From assembly GCA_963724765.1 (NCBI GenBank), contig CAVRVY010000001.1, forward strand, positions 224,001-288,000: a stretch of 64,000 bases of DNA. The letters run 5' to 3'. This stretch comes from an uncultured delta proteobacterium (GTDB taxonomy: Bacteria > Desulfobacterota > Binatia > Binatales > Binataceae). Shown here piece after piece: positions 10,229 through 19,090 of the stretch (position 1 is its first letter; each line of letters starts with the position of its first letter). Position numbers and translations under genes: made by a program. The notes beneath the pieces were generated by a model. It was given only the letters and a program-made list of their open reading frames with translations. It made no database searches and was not told the origin of the DNA.

Positions 10229-10713
10229 GTGCCATGTTGGCCAATGCTGGCGAGATGATTCCGCCCTGCGGAGTTCCCGCCTTGGTCGGCCATAGCGTTC
10301 GGCCTTTCCACGAATCCGGCCTTCAGCCACTTCCGGAGTATCGCCCTGTCCATTGGTACATGAGCGAGTAACCAGTCGTGACTGATATTATCGAAGCAGC
10401 CTCGGATGTCGCCCTCCAATATCCATTGAGCCGAACGCGGCTGGTTGAACAGGATTTGACATTCCATCATCGCATCCTGGGCCGAGCGTTTCGTCCGGAA
10501 TCCATAGGAGTTGGGGTCCGCCGTACATTCCGCGATTGGTTCCAGTGCGAGCAGATGGAGCACCTGCATTGCGCGGTCCCTCATCGTTGGAATCCCGAGC
10601 GGTCGCATCCTGCGGCTGCTTTTCGGGATGTATACCCGTCTCAGTAGGCACGGTTTATAACCGCGCTTTCTGAGCGATAACACTGCTTCGGATTTGGTGT
10701 CCGGTGTGGACAT
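10222..10713 (-). pseudogene. Group II intron reverse transcriptase internal fragment
   Basis: RRVYIPK..RPLGIPT.RDRAMQ..LEPIAE..SYGFR..EGDIRGCFDNI.H. Frameshifts before the QG motif; no YADD. Confidence 0.9.
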
Positions 10714-10869
10714 TCAGGCGACTTCGCGTCGCACATTGATGCTCCGGTAGGGCTTCTTCGATACCAGATTGCGCGGCAGTCCGGTCGAGATCCACGGCCT
10801 GCGCCACGGCACTATTCCTTGTTCGAGCACGTTCACGATCTTCTCGGTCACGATTTCGTAAACCTTCAT
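10714..10869 (-). pseudogene. ardC: ArdC/DUF1738 antirestriction protein N-terminal fragment
   Basis: Manual translation: MKVYEIVTEKIVNVLEQGIVPWRRPWISTGLPRNLVSKKPYRSIN, truncated by the RT fragment. Confidence 0.85.
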
Positions 10870-10942
10870 GTCCGTAATCTCCGATTGCGGTTTAGATGGT
10901 TTGGGGGAGAACCGCTTGCGCGGCTCTCCCCGGGTTGGTCGG

Positions 10943-11045
10943 TTAGAACGGAATGTCGCCGGAAGGTTCAGCCTTGGGCGCGTCGCCGTTGGCGCGTTTG
11001 CCGAACAGGCGGAGTTGCGGCGCCACGATTTCGGTGGTGCAAGCG
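10943..11045 (-). pseudogene. ssb: Single-stranded DNA-binding protein C-terminal remnant
   Basis: TTEIVAPQLRLFG...SGDIPF* gives the last OB strand and the acidic DIPF tail; lies upstream of ardC. Confidence 0.7.
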
Positions 11046-11354
11046 AGAAATTCGCCCAAAAGGCGCGAGTAGGCGTTGTGCGGAAAAACGCGACCGCCCC
11101 GACGGCCAGGGCGGTCCGCGCGAGACCCGGCCTGCACGTGCCTCCGGTTCCTAGATGAATGCGGGCGCGTTCTATCCAACGTCACCTCTAATGTCGGTCC
11201 TTCAATCGGGTCGCGACATGTGCGCCAATCATCGCAGACGACGCCACGGGTAGGAGCTATATGAACCGCATGTACGATCTGACGATCAACTCAAACCGGA
11301 CCCAGTGGACCACCATCGACTGTCTAGAGGAAAGTCCTAAGTTTTACACGCCAA

Positions 11355-12578
11355 TTAATCCCCTTGATTAATAGGAACCATCGGCTGCACCTCTTTGCGG
11401 TCGAGCCGAAGCTCGAAGATGCTCGCCTCGGATAGGCAGTAGTCGCTCGGCGGATGATGGATGGTCGCGGTCACGCCGTCGCGGAAGAGCAGCTCGAGCT
11501 TGCCGCCCTTGAAGAGCGCATGGGCTCCGCCCATCTCCAGACACGAACGTGTTACCGCCGCCACGGTCTCGCCCACGAAATACTTGGTCTTAAAATAGTT
11601 CGCCGTCACACGCGGCGTTTGCCCCTCCCGATCGAGGGACCAGGCACATTCACGAACCATCAGGCGCCCGGCATCGATTTGGGCGGCGGCCTTAGCGATG
11701 CGCCTGCGGATGTCGGGATGGTAAGCGAGTGATTGCTTGTATCCCTTGGGCAGCCGCCTATGGACCGCCTCCTTGGCCACCTCCAACGCTCCCACGGCGA
11801 TCCCCAAATAGACGGCGGTGTATGGCAGGTTGTAGAGCGGTTCGCTGTCGGAGACGAATTTGCCGGCGTTGGGAATTTCGCAGTACAGCCCCTCCTCGGG
11901 CACGAAGACGTCTTCCAGCACCATGTTGTCGCTTCTGGTCGCGCGCATTCCCAACGTATTCCAGTTGCGTTCGAAGCGGATTCCTGGCAGTCGGGGGGAA
12001 ATCAGGAAACTCAGCGCCGCCTCGGGATCGTCGGATTCCTGCGGATGGGCGAAAATATTTATCACGTCCGCGGATTGGGCCATCGTGCAAAATCCCTTAG
12101 TGCCATTGAGTAGCCAACCGCCGTCTACCCTGCGGGCCTGGGTCGAGCAGGCGAATGTGGAAGGAAGCAGACCGGTCGTACCCGGCTCCGAGAGGATCGC
12201 TGCCAGTAATTTGTTCGGCCTTACGATCAGGTCGCCGAATCTTTGCTTGTAGCTCTCGGCGAAGTCGGCCTTCATGAGATAGGCGGCTTGCGTGGCGATG
12301 TGCATGTTGAAAGAGACCGCCGTCGACGGGCATCCCTGAGCGAGTTCCTCTGCCGCGATTACCCATCCCAGTACCCCTGCGCCGCTGCCCCCATACTCCC
12401 TCGGGGCGCACAATTGGCAAAAGCCCGCCTCCTTGAGCTTGGCGTAGTTCTCGGTCGTGTGGGAAGTTTCCTGGTCGTGTTGTGTCGCCCGAGTGGCGAA
12501 ATCAGCGGCCAGGTCTTTTGCCAGATCCTTTATGCGTTGTAGTTCGGGATCGAGCGTGAAATCCATCGTCTTGAACAC
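11355..12578 (-). CDS. Acyl-CoA dehydrogenase family protein
   Basis: EELAQGCPSTAV.FNMH, LSEP, LNGTK.F.T, WNTLGMRATRS, GG.A....LE.LFRD. Confidence 0.93.
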   Translation of the reverse strand: MFKTMDFTLDPELQRIKDLAKDLAADFATRATQHDQETSHTTENYAKLKEAGFCQLCAPREYGGSGAGVLGWVIAAEELAQGCPSTAVSFNMHIATQAAYLMKADFAESYKQRFGDLIVRPNKLLAAILSEPGTTGLLPSTFACSTQARRVDGGWLLNGTKGFCTMAQSADVINIFAHPQESDDPEAALSFLISPRLPGIRFERNWNTLGMRATRSDNMVLEDVFVPEEGLYCEIPNAGKFVSDSEPLYNLPYTAVYLGIAVGALEVAKEAVHRRLPKGYKQSLAYHPDIRRRIAKAAAQIDAGRLMVRECAWSLDREGQTPRVTANYFKTKYFVGETVAAVTRSCLEMGGAHALFKGGKLELLFRDGVTATIHHPPSDYCLSEASIFELRLDRKEVQPMVPINQGD

Positions 12579-12752
12579 TCCTACAAGCTCATGACTTATG
12601 CCGAACCGTTTCTAAAGTTATCGGCAAGCGATAAATTCTCTTCACACGTATGACGCCAGCACTTCGCTGACCGCACCCAAGGCTACTCTGCGGGGGAATC
12701 GCACCACTTAAAGCCTTTACGCGCCGCTGCAGCTCGCTGCAGGCAGCGGTTG

Positions 12753-13222
12753 TCAAAGCGTTATTCCATGAATTTGCGATTGCTCCAGGGGCTTGTCGAA
12801 GGAGGTGGCGAGATACTGGAGAAAGCGAAGCCGCTCATACTTCCATTGTCCGTTCACGCGCACGTACTGGTCTTCGTAACGCCCCGCCAGCCAGCCGGGC
12901 CCGCCCTCTACGAAACTCACCGGCTCGAAGATATACCAGCGGCCGGTGGCGCGATCGCCGTCGACTTCGATCAGTGGGTTCATCACTTGGTGCATGGCGA
13001 AACAAAGCAGCCCTGCGCGACTTTCGCGAAGAAGTTACGAATCGCCTCGCGTCCGTCGAAGCGGCCGAATTCACCACCGTCCCAGACACCGTTTTCGACG
13101 AAGCAGTTAGCGATACCGTCGGTGTCGTAACTGGCGTCGCAGAGATAGCAATAGTGGGCCTTGAGCTCCTTGATCGCCTCGATGTCCTCGAGCACTTGAA
13201 TTCTTCGCGCCAGATCGTCCAT
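12753..13222 (-). pseudogene. NTF2/SnoaL_4 (LinA/BaiE-like) protein split by one frameshift near 13000
   Basis: ORF 12983-13222 (LEDIEAIKELKAHYCYLCD) and ORF 12753-12995 (HQVMNPLIEVDGDRATGRW..GRYEDQYVR..W) are two halves of one domain. Could be a sequence error. Confidence 0.85.
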
Positions 13223-13225
13223 CGC

Positions 13226-14233
13226 TCACTCCTGCTTGGTTTTGATGCCAGCGGCCGCCGGCAAGACTGATTTGCCGAAGCGTTCCATTTGGGCCATGAA
13301 GTCGCTGACGGTAGCCGCTTGCACGTCGAGGTGAAGTCCGCAGAATGAGTAACCGCATTCCCCCAATTGCTCCAGGTCGGCGATCAACTCATCGGGATTG
13401 CCGGTCAGGAATGTCCGTGCCGCCCTCGTCGAACGGTTCTCCGTAACGCCGCACATGACCAGTGCCATCATTGGAAAGGCGCTGACATCGCGGCCCATCT
13501 TCGCACCCTCTTCGCGCACCATATTGGTAAGCTCGCGGAAGGCCTCGGGACCCGAACGCGGGTCGGTGACGATCGGATAGAGCCCGTCGCAATAACGCAC
13601 CGCGCGCCGGATACCGATCCGGCTAACCCCGCCGTAAATGATCAGCGGACGAGGCTTCTGCACCGGTTTGGGGTCGACTGAGACTTCCTCGAAGTCGTAG
13701 AAGCTCCCCTGATAGGCCACCCATGGCTCGGTCCATGCTCGCTTATAGATCTCGATGCACTCTTCGGTCATCCGGCCGCGGTCCGCGAAGGAAACTCCCA
13801 GCGCATCGAATTCTTCGCTGCACCATCCGGGACCAACCGCCATGATCAGGCGGCCGCCCGACAACACGTCGACCGTGGCAAACTGGCGCGCGTCGCTCAA
13901 CGGATGGCGGTAGGGCGAGATCAGCACAGACGGCGCGAGCTTGATTCGGTTGGTTTTTGCTGCCACCGCGCCCATCGTGACAGCCCCGTCGAGCATGTTG
14001 GGCCGCTCCGGGTAGGCGTTGCGCCCCGATTCGGTATTGACCAGATGGGCCGATTCGGTCTCGCGTGGCATGGCTACGTGATCGGGGAACCAGAGCGAAT
14101 GATAGCCGAACTCCTCGGCGCGCTGCGCAATCTCGATCAGCGGTAGCTTCTCAGCGGGCACCTTTCGAATAAAAATGTCGCGGCCCTGGCGAGTCAGCAA
14201 GCCGTGGGTCGGCATATTTAATCCGATGTCCAT
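13226..14233 (-). CDS. LLM-class (F420-dependent-type) oxidoreductase
   Basis: AEEFGYHSLWFPDHV, T.RIKL..SVL..PYRHP, DVLSGGRL, PKPVQKPRP.IIYGG. Confidence 0.93.
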   Translation of the reverse strand: MDIGLNMPTHGLLTRQGRDIFIRKVPAEKLPLIEIAQRAEEFGYHSLWFPDHVAMPRETESAHLVNTESGRNAYPERPNMLDGAVTMGAVAAKTNRIKLAPSVLISPYRHPLSDARQFATVDVLSGGRLIMAVGPGWCSEEFDALGVSFADRGRMTEECIEIYKRAWTEPWVAYQGSFYDFEEVSVDPKPVQKPRPLIIYGGVSRIGIRRAVRYCDGLYPIVTDPRSGPEAFRELTNMVREEGAKMGRDVSAFPMMALVMCGVTENRSTRAARTFLTGNPDELIADLEQLGECGYSFCGLHLDVQAATVSDFMAQMERFGKSVLPAAAGIKTKQE

Positions 14234-14652
14234 CAGCGTGCCTCCTTTGAACCGAAAGGGGCGGCATCGGCGAGGTCGCTCCGGCCGACATTTCGTCGAT
14301 CGATGCGCCTCTTGTTCGGATTGTAGCGATAGACCTTTGCTATGGTTGGCATGAGCAAGGCGTCGAATTGTGCCAGTGCCCGATCGTAGATGTGGTTGAG
14401 CGGGGCACCATGGACGCTGATCTCACCGCCGGCAGCGAATGTAAAATCATCCATGTTAACAATCGCGACGATCCCAGCAGCGGCATCGAGAATGAGGGTG
14501 ACGATGGTAGCCACGAGGTCAGGAACATGACCTTCGAGTACGAGCGAGCCACACATCATCGGCGCTCCAGCGATAGACATTGTCCTTGAGGGTGAAGGAG
14601 TTGGCCTTGCGGCTTGGCGCAGGTCTTGCCCTGTCGGAATGCTCAAGACCAT
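14233..14652 (-). pseudogene. Internally deleted amidase remnant
   Basis: IAGAPMMCGSLVLEGHVPD..ATIVT.ILDA..I...NMDD joined directly to YDRALAQFDALLMPT; the catalytic middle is missing. Confidence 0.7.
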
Positions 14653-14689
14653 CGGGATCCTTTGCAGTTCGGCCTGCGCTTTCTTGGCC

Positions 14690-15433
14690 CTATAAGGCCT
14701 GATTACCCTCGCGCTTCATCTCTCTTGTCTTGCGCAGCTCCGATTGACGCCCAACAATCTCTTTGGCCAACGCTACTAGCGCTGTGCGCAGTTGCTGTTT
14801 GAAGCGATGGCCGAGGTTAATCGCAACCGGATCGATCTGATGATCCACGAAACAGCCGTTAGTAAAGGAGAGAGCGAAATTGCCCAACTCATCACTGATC
14901 GATTCGGAGGGCTCGCTACCAAGAGATATAACCAGTGACTCGATCGCGGGCCTGAACTTGTTCACGGCAGCGCAGCGCACCTGGCGAATCGTTTCCGCAG
15001 CCTTGCGACCAATACGCGCGCGATCCATGTATAGTGTCAGCTGCAACCGGAGCAGCTCGGGCCGGCGCTTCAGTTCATGAGCGATAATGTCGAGCATCCG
15101 GTCGAGCTTGACTTCGAACGAGCCGTCCAGGTCTTCCCAGTCGGGAATCAAATCGAGCCAGCGCGAGGCGCCCTCCGCGGCAACGGTGGCGAGCAGGTGC
15201 TGCTTGCTGTCGAAGTGCCAATAGAGGGAACTTGTGGGAAGACCTGAGAGCCGGGCTATTGCACCCATGCTGGTGCCGACATAGCCTTTTTCGGCCAACA
15301 GCCTGGAAGCGACTCTTCTAATCCGCTGGCGCGAGCGATCGCCGAGTTCCACCCGCCGATTGCGTGTGGCGCTCGTGCGCCGCGACCGCTCGCGCCTGCT
15401 GAAAGCAGCACTCTCTGTAGTTTGCACTGCCAT
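14690..15433 (-). CDS. TetR/AcrR family regulator
   Basis: A.RLLAEKGY.GTSM.AIA..SG....LYWHFDSK..LL. Confidence 0.92.
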   Translation of the reverse strand: MAVQTTESAAFSRRERSRRTSATRNRRVELGDRSRQRIRRVASRLLAEKGYVGTSMGAIARLSGLPTSSLYWHFDSKQHLLATVAAEGASRWLDLIPDWEDLDGSFEVKLDRMLDIIAHELKRRPELLRLQLTLYMDRARIGRKAAETIRQVRCAAVNKFRPAIESLVISLGSEPSESISDELGNFALSFTNGCFVDHQIDPVAINLGHRFKQQLRTALVALAKEIVGRQSELRKTREMKREGNQAL

Positions 15434-15477
15434 TTGACCCGCACGCTATCACAGCGAACCTATAAAGCACAATCGTT

Positions 15478-15499
15478 CTATACCGATCGTTCCGGATAG
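15478..15499. promoter_or_regulatory. Candidate TetR operator (imperfect palindrome)
   Basis: CTATACCGATCGTTCCGGATAG, about 45 bp upstream of the tetR start. Confidence 0.4.
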
Positions 15500-15716
15500 A
15501 CAATTCGCTCCGGACGGTTTAAATCGAAATGCGCCTGATCCGCTATTTTGACTGTTGCTTTCTAATTGCCGTGTAGACTGAACGGCCTTCCTCTGCAAGG
15601 TGAGAGCGCCAGAGAGAAAATCCCTCACTGAAGCAGCCGGATAGACCGGTTGCACCGGAGTAAAAATCCGGCAGCAATAGCCCATTTGCCGTGGAACGGC
15701 AGAGGTGGGCGGAGGG

Positions 15717-17216
15717 ATGAAGCGGGTGGAACTATACGCGCAGGTTCGACGAGCGGTTTACGTGGAGGGGCTGAGTCGGCGGGAAGCAGCACGGCGCTTT
15801 GGGATCGACCCGCGGACGGTGGCGAAGATGCTGGCGTTCTCGGTGCCGCCTGGTTATCGACGGAGCCGGCCGCCGGCGCGGCCCAAGCTGGATCCGTTTG
15901 TCGGGATTATCGACCGGATCTTGGAAGAAGATAAGTTACGCCCAGCCAAGCAGCAGCACACGGCGAAACGGATTTTCGAGCGGCTGCGCGATGAGCATGG
16001 GTATGACGGCGGGATCTCGATCGTAAGGGCTTACGTACACGAGCATCGCCAGCGGCTGCGCGAGATGTTCGTGCCACTGCACCATGATCCTGGACACGCG
16101 CAAGTCGACTTCGGTGAAGCGCTCGCGGTAATCGCAGGTGAGGAGTGCAAGATCCACTTCTTCGCGATGGACTTGCCGCACAGCGATGCTTGTTTGGTGC
16201 AGGCCTATCCGGCGGAGAGCACCGAGGCCTTCTGCGAAGGTCACAACGTCAGCTTCGAGTTCTTTGGCGGAGTGCCGCGTTCGATCCTCTACGACAACAC
16301 CAAGCTGGCGGTGGCGCGCATACTCGGAGATGGCACCCGTAAGCGCACCAAGGTCTTCAGTGAGCTGCAGTCCCACTCTCTGTTCGCCGATCGCTTCGGG
16401 CGGCCGGGCAAGGGTAACGATAAGGGCAAGGTCGAGGGGTTGGTCGGCTATGCGCGGCGCAACTTCATGGTGCCGATCCCGCGCGCACTCAGCTTCGCTG
16501 AGCTAAATGAGCAGTTGCTGGAGTGCTGCCGCCGTCGTTTGAAGGATCGGCTACGTGGTCATGATGACACCATCGGCGAGCGGCTGGTGAAGGACCGTGA
16601 GGCTCTCCTGCCGCTGCCGCCCGCACCCTATGATGCGTGCGAAAAGAGGCCCGCCTGGGTCAGCTCGTTGTCGCTGGTGCGCTACCGCGGCAACAACTAC
16701 TCAGTGCCAAGCGCATACGGTCACCGCGAGGTGCTGGTCCGAGGTTACGTCCACGAAGTTGTGATCGCCTGTGCAACCGAGGAGATCGCCCGGCACGCTC
16801 GTTCCTACGAGCGCGAGGACTTCGTGTTCAACCCACTGCACTACCTGGCCCTGCTGGAGCGGAAGATCGGCGCGCTGGACCAGGCCGCGCCGCTGGTCGG
16901 CTGGGAACTACCTGAAGAGTTCGCAACGCTGCGCCGGCTGCTCGAAGCGCGCCTGCGCAAGCCCGGTAAGCGGGAGTTCGTTCAGGTCCTGCGCTTGCTC
17001 GAGGTGTTCGGTCTCGAAGACGTGGTCGCAGGAGTTCGAGAAGCGATCGATCGCGGAGTGATTAGCTTCGACGCGGTCAAGCATCTCGTGCTGTGCCGCA
17101 TCGAACGGCGCCCACCGCGACTCGACCTGAAGATCTATCCCTATCTGCCACAGGCGACTGTGAGCACCACCTCGGCCCGATCCTACCTGAGCCTGATGGC
17201 GGGAGCAGGTTCATGA
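15717..17216 (+). CDS. istA: IS21 transposase
   Basis: N-terminal HTH, AQVDFGE, LYDNTK, KGKVEGLVGY.RRNF. Confidence 0.96.
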   Translation: MKRVELYAQVRRAVYVEGLSRREAARRFGIDPRTVAKMLAFSVPPGYRRSRPPARPKLDPFVGIIDRILEEDKLRPAKQQHTAKRIFERLRDEHGYDGGISIVRAYVHEHRQRLREMFVPLHHDPGHAQVDFGEALAVIAGEECKIHFFAMDLPHSDACLVQAYPAESTEAFCEGHNVSFEFFGGVPRSILYDNTKLAVARILGDGTRKRTKVFSELQSHSLFADRFGRPGKGNDKGKVEGLVGYARRNFMVPIPRALSFAELNEQLLECCRRRLKDRLRGHDDTIGERLVKDREALLPLPPAPYDACEKRPAWVSSLSLVRYRGNNYSVPSAYGHREVLVRGYVHEVVIACATEEIARHARSYEREDFVFNPLHYLALLERKIGALDQAAPLVGWELPEEFATLRRLLEARLRKPGKREFVQVLRLLEVFGLEDVVAGVREAIDRGVISFDAVKHLVLCRIERRPPRLDLKIYPYLPQATVSTTSARSYLSLMAGAGS

Positions 17217-17989
17217 GCGATACGCCCCAGGTTCTGCTCACCCATTACTTGAAAACACTCAGATTGCCCACCTTTTTGCGCGAGTATGACAAGTTGGCGC
17301 GCCAATGCGCCGGCGAGGATGTCGACTATCCTCGCTACCTGTTGCGCCTGGCCGAGCTGGAGATGATCGAACGGGAACGCCGGACCATCGAGCGGCGAAT
17401 CAAGGAAGCCAGGTTCCCGGCGGTCAAAAGTCTCGATAGCTTCGAATTCGCAGCGCTCCCCTCGCTCAACAAGACGCTAGTGCTGGAACTGGCCCGCTCG
17501 GAGTATATCGCGCGCCGCGAGAACATCATCGCGGTCGGCAACAGTGGCACCGGCAAGACTCATGTGGCTCTCGGGCTAGGTCTGGCCGCCTGCCAGAAGG
17601 GTCTCGCGGTCGGCTTCACCACCGCTGCCGCTTTGGTCAACGAGCTGCATGAAGCGCATGATGAGAAGCGTCTGCTGCGCCTCCAACGTCAACTCGCCGG
17701 CTACAAGCTTCTGATCGTGGATGAACTCGGCTACGTCCCGCTCTCCCCAACTGGTGCAGAGTTACTGTTCGAAGTCTTCAGCCAGCGCTACGAGCGCGGC
17801 TCGATCATCGTTACCAGCAATCTGCCGTTCGATGAGTGGACCAGCGTGTTCGGCTCCGAGCGCTTAACCGGCGCACTGCTTGATCGTCTTACCCACCACG
17901 TTCACATCCTCGAGATGAACGGTGACAGCTTCAGGCTCAAACACAGCAAGCGCCGCATCAGTGACGATCAACCGCGAGAATCCGGCTAA
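17213..17989 (+). CDS. istB: IS21 helper ATPase
   Basis: GNSGTGKTH, LLIVDELGY, TSNL.F.EW, LLDRLTHH; ATGA overlap with istA. Confidence 0.96.
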   Translation: MSDTPQVLLTHYLKTLRLPTFLREYDKLARQCAGEDVDYPRYLLRLAELEMIERERRTIERRIKEARFPAVKSLDSFEFAALPSLNKTLVLELARSEYIARRENIIAVGNSGTGKTHVALGLGLAACQKGLAVGFTTAAALVNELHEAHDEKRLLRLQRQLAGYKLLIVDELGYVPLSPTGAELLFEVFSQRYERGSIIVTSNLPFDEWTSVFGSERLTGALLDRLTHHVHILEMNGDSFRLKHSKRRISDDQPRESG

Positions 17990-18171
17990 CACCACTAACT
18001 CCAACCCACAAAGCTAGATCTTTTCGACACAGTAGCGAGGGGGTGATCCCCCTCGCGCTCCCCCTGCCAGACGTCAACCTACCTGCCATCGGCTTATCCA
18101 AATGATGGACTTTTGCTCTGGCGCGCTGATGTACTTTCACTCCGGTGTTGACACATCGCTCTGTTTCCACA

Positions 18172-18573
18172 TCAGTCCTCCTCGACCGGGGATCCGTAAG
18201 CGCCACTTGGGCTGCCGCTTTCTCCCGATCCTCGCGAGTCTGGGACGGTAAACAACCCATCTGCAGCGGCGGGCGTCTCGGGCTTTCGGAGGACGGAAGT
18301 TGGTACGAATCGAGGACGATCGGTGCCTTCAACGTTGATGTCGCGTAGCGCAAGACGCCTCATTCGTGCGGTAACAAGGCCAACGGTGACCGGCGGATCG
18401 GTTCGGTGCCGAGTAGGCGAACAGGATTCGAACCTAACCTTGATATGAGGCAGGCCCATGATTGTTTCGATTCCCTCGACTATCCCAAGCCACCAACGGC
18501 CCCTACCAAAACGAACAATCCACACCCAGACCGGTGTCCCCAGTTTCAATTCCTTAACCTCGGACGGCTCCAT
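18172..18573 (-). CDS. Hypothetical protein, paralog of 1746-2192
   Basis: MEPSEVKELKLGTPVWVWIVRFGRGRWWLG..RHRTDPPV.VGL.TA.MRRL.LRDI. Confidence 0.6.
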   Translation of the reverse strand: MEPSEVKELKLGTPVWVWIVRFGRGRWWLGIVEGIETIMGLPHIKVRFESCSPTRHRTDPPVTVGLVTARMRRLALRDINVEGTDRPRFVPTSVLRKPETPAAADGLFTVPDSRGSGESGSPSGAYGSPVEED

Positions 18574-18623
18574 TCGTTCTCCACAACCAGGGTATCTGTT
18601 GGCGCTGTGATTGGAATCCTCAG

Positions 18624-18800
18624 TCAAAGCTCGAAGGCCGCCGCCAAAGTCTCGCGCTGGACTTCGAGTTCGCGAAGCAGATTCGCATCGATCCGGTCGA
18701 AGAGTTCCTCCTGGGAGCGAAGCTCAGCGGCCCATTCATCGCGTTTTATGGCAAGTACCGTATCGAGGCGTGGAGCTGTAATATCCAGTCCGGCAGAATC
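18624..18800 (-). pseudogene. pckG: C-terminal remnant (about 55 codons) of a second PEP carboxykinase
   Basis: Aligns to the last residues of 2247-4016; the rest of the gene is absent. Confidence 0.9.
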
Positions 18801-18863
18801 CAGCATCGTGCTTGTGATGAAGTCCAAGAGGCGAGCTCGAAATTCAAAGCCATCTAATTCGTG

Positions 18864-18879
18864 AGCATCAGCCGTGCCA
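18864..18879 (-). promoter_or_regulatory. Sigma-54 -24/-12 promoter
   Basis: TGGCACGGCTGATGCT (GG-N10-GC), close to consensus, pointing into the pck remnant. Confidence 0.7.
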
Positions 18880-19090
18880 TAGCCACGCTCCCGGTTCGCC
18901 GTCGGCCTCGGACGACAGGCTATGGCCGAACTTCTCTCCCAATTCGTACAGACGCAGCGATTGTGCTGTAGCTTCAGGCGTCAGATGTATCGACACACTG
19001 ATGCTTAAGGCGACAGATCAATGGAGCGAAAGAGCCCGTAGGGAGACGCCACAGCGGAGCCTCGGCAGAGAATTAATCAGACGGGATTCC

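Larger units (their letters stand above)
15601..18153 (+). mobile_element. IS21-family insertion sequence
   Basis: Carries istA-istB. Left end TGAGAGCGCCAGAGAGAAAATCCCTCA matches right-end reverse complement TGTCAACACCGGAGTGAAAGTACATCA at 18/27, with internal repeats of the motif. Flanks (CAAGG / CATCG) show no direct repeat. Confidence 0.92.
18154..18800 (-). repeat. Diverged duplicate of about 1770-2420 (pckG 3' end, SH3-like gene and zinc-finger gene start)
   Basis: Collinear protein similarity, e.g. AGLDITAPRLD..ELEVQRETLAAAFEL vs AGLDITAARLD..ELEVQRETLAAALEL, and MEPSEVKELKL vs MKPSDVKELKL. Confidence 0.93.

Noticed and set aside
10222-10713. Retron, DGR or active group II intron
   Set aside because: Only an internal RT fragment without YADD, and no intron ends, msr-msd or TR/VR repeats were seen.
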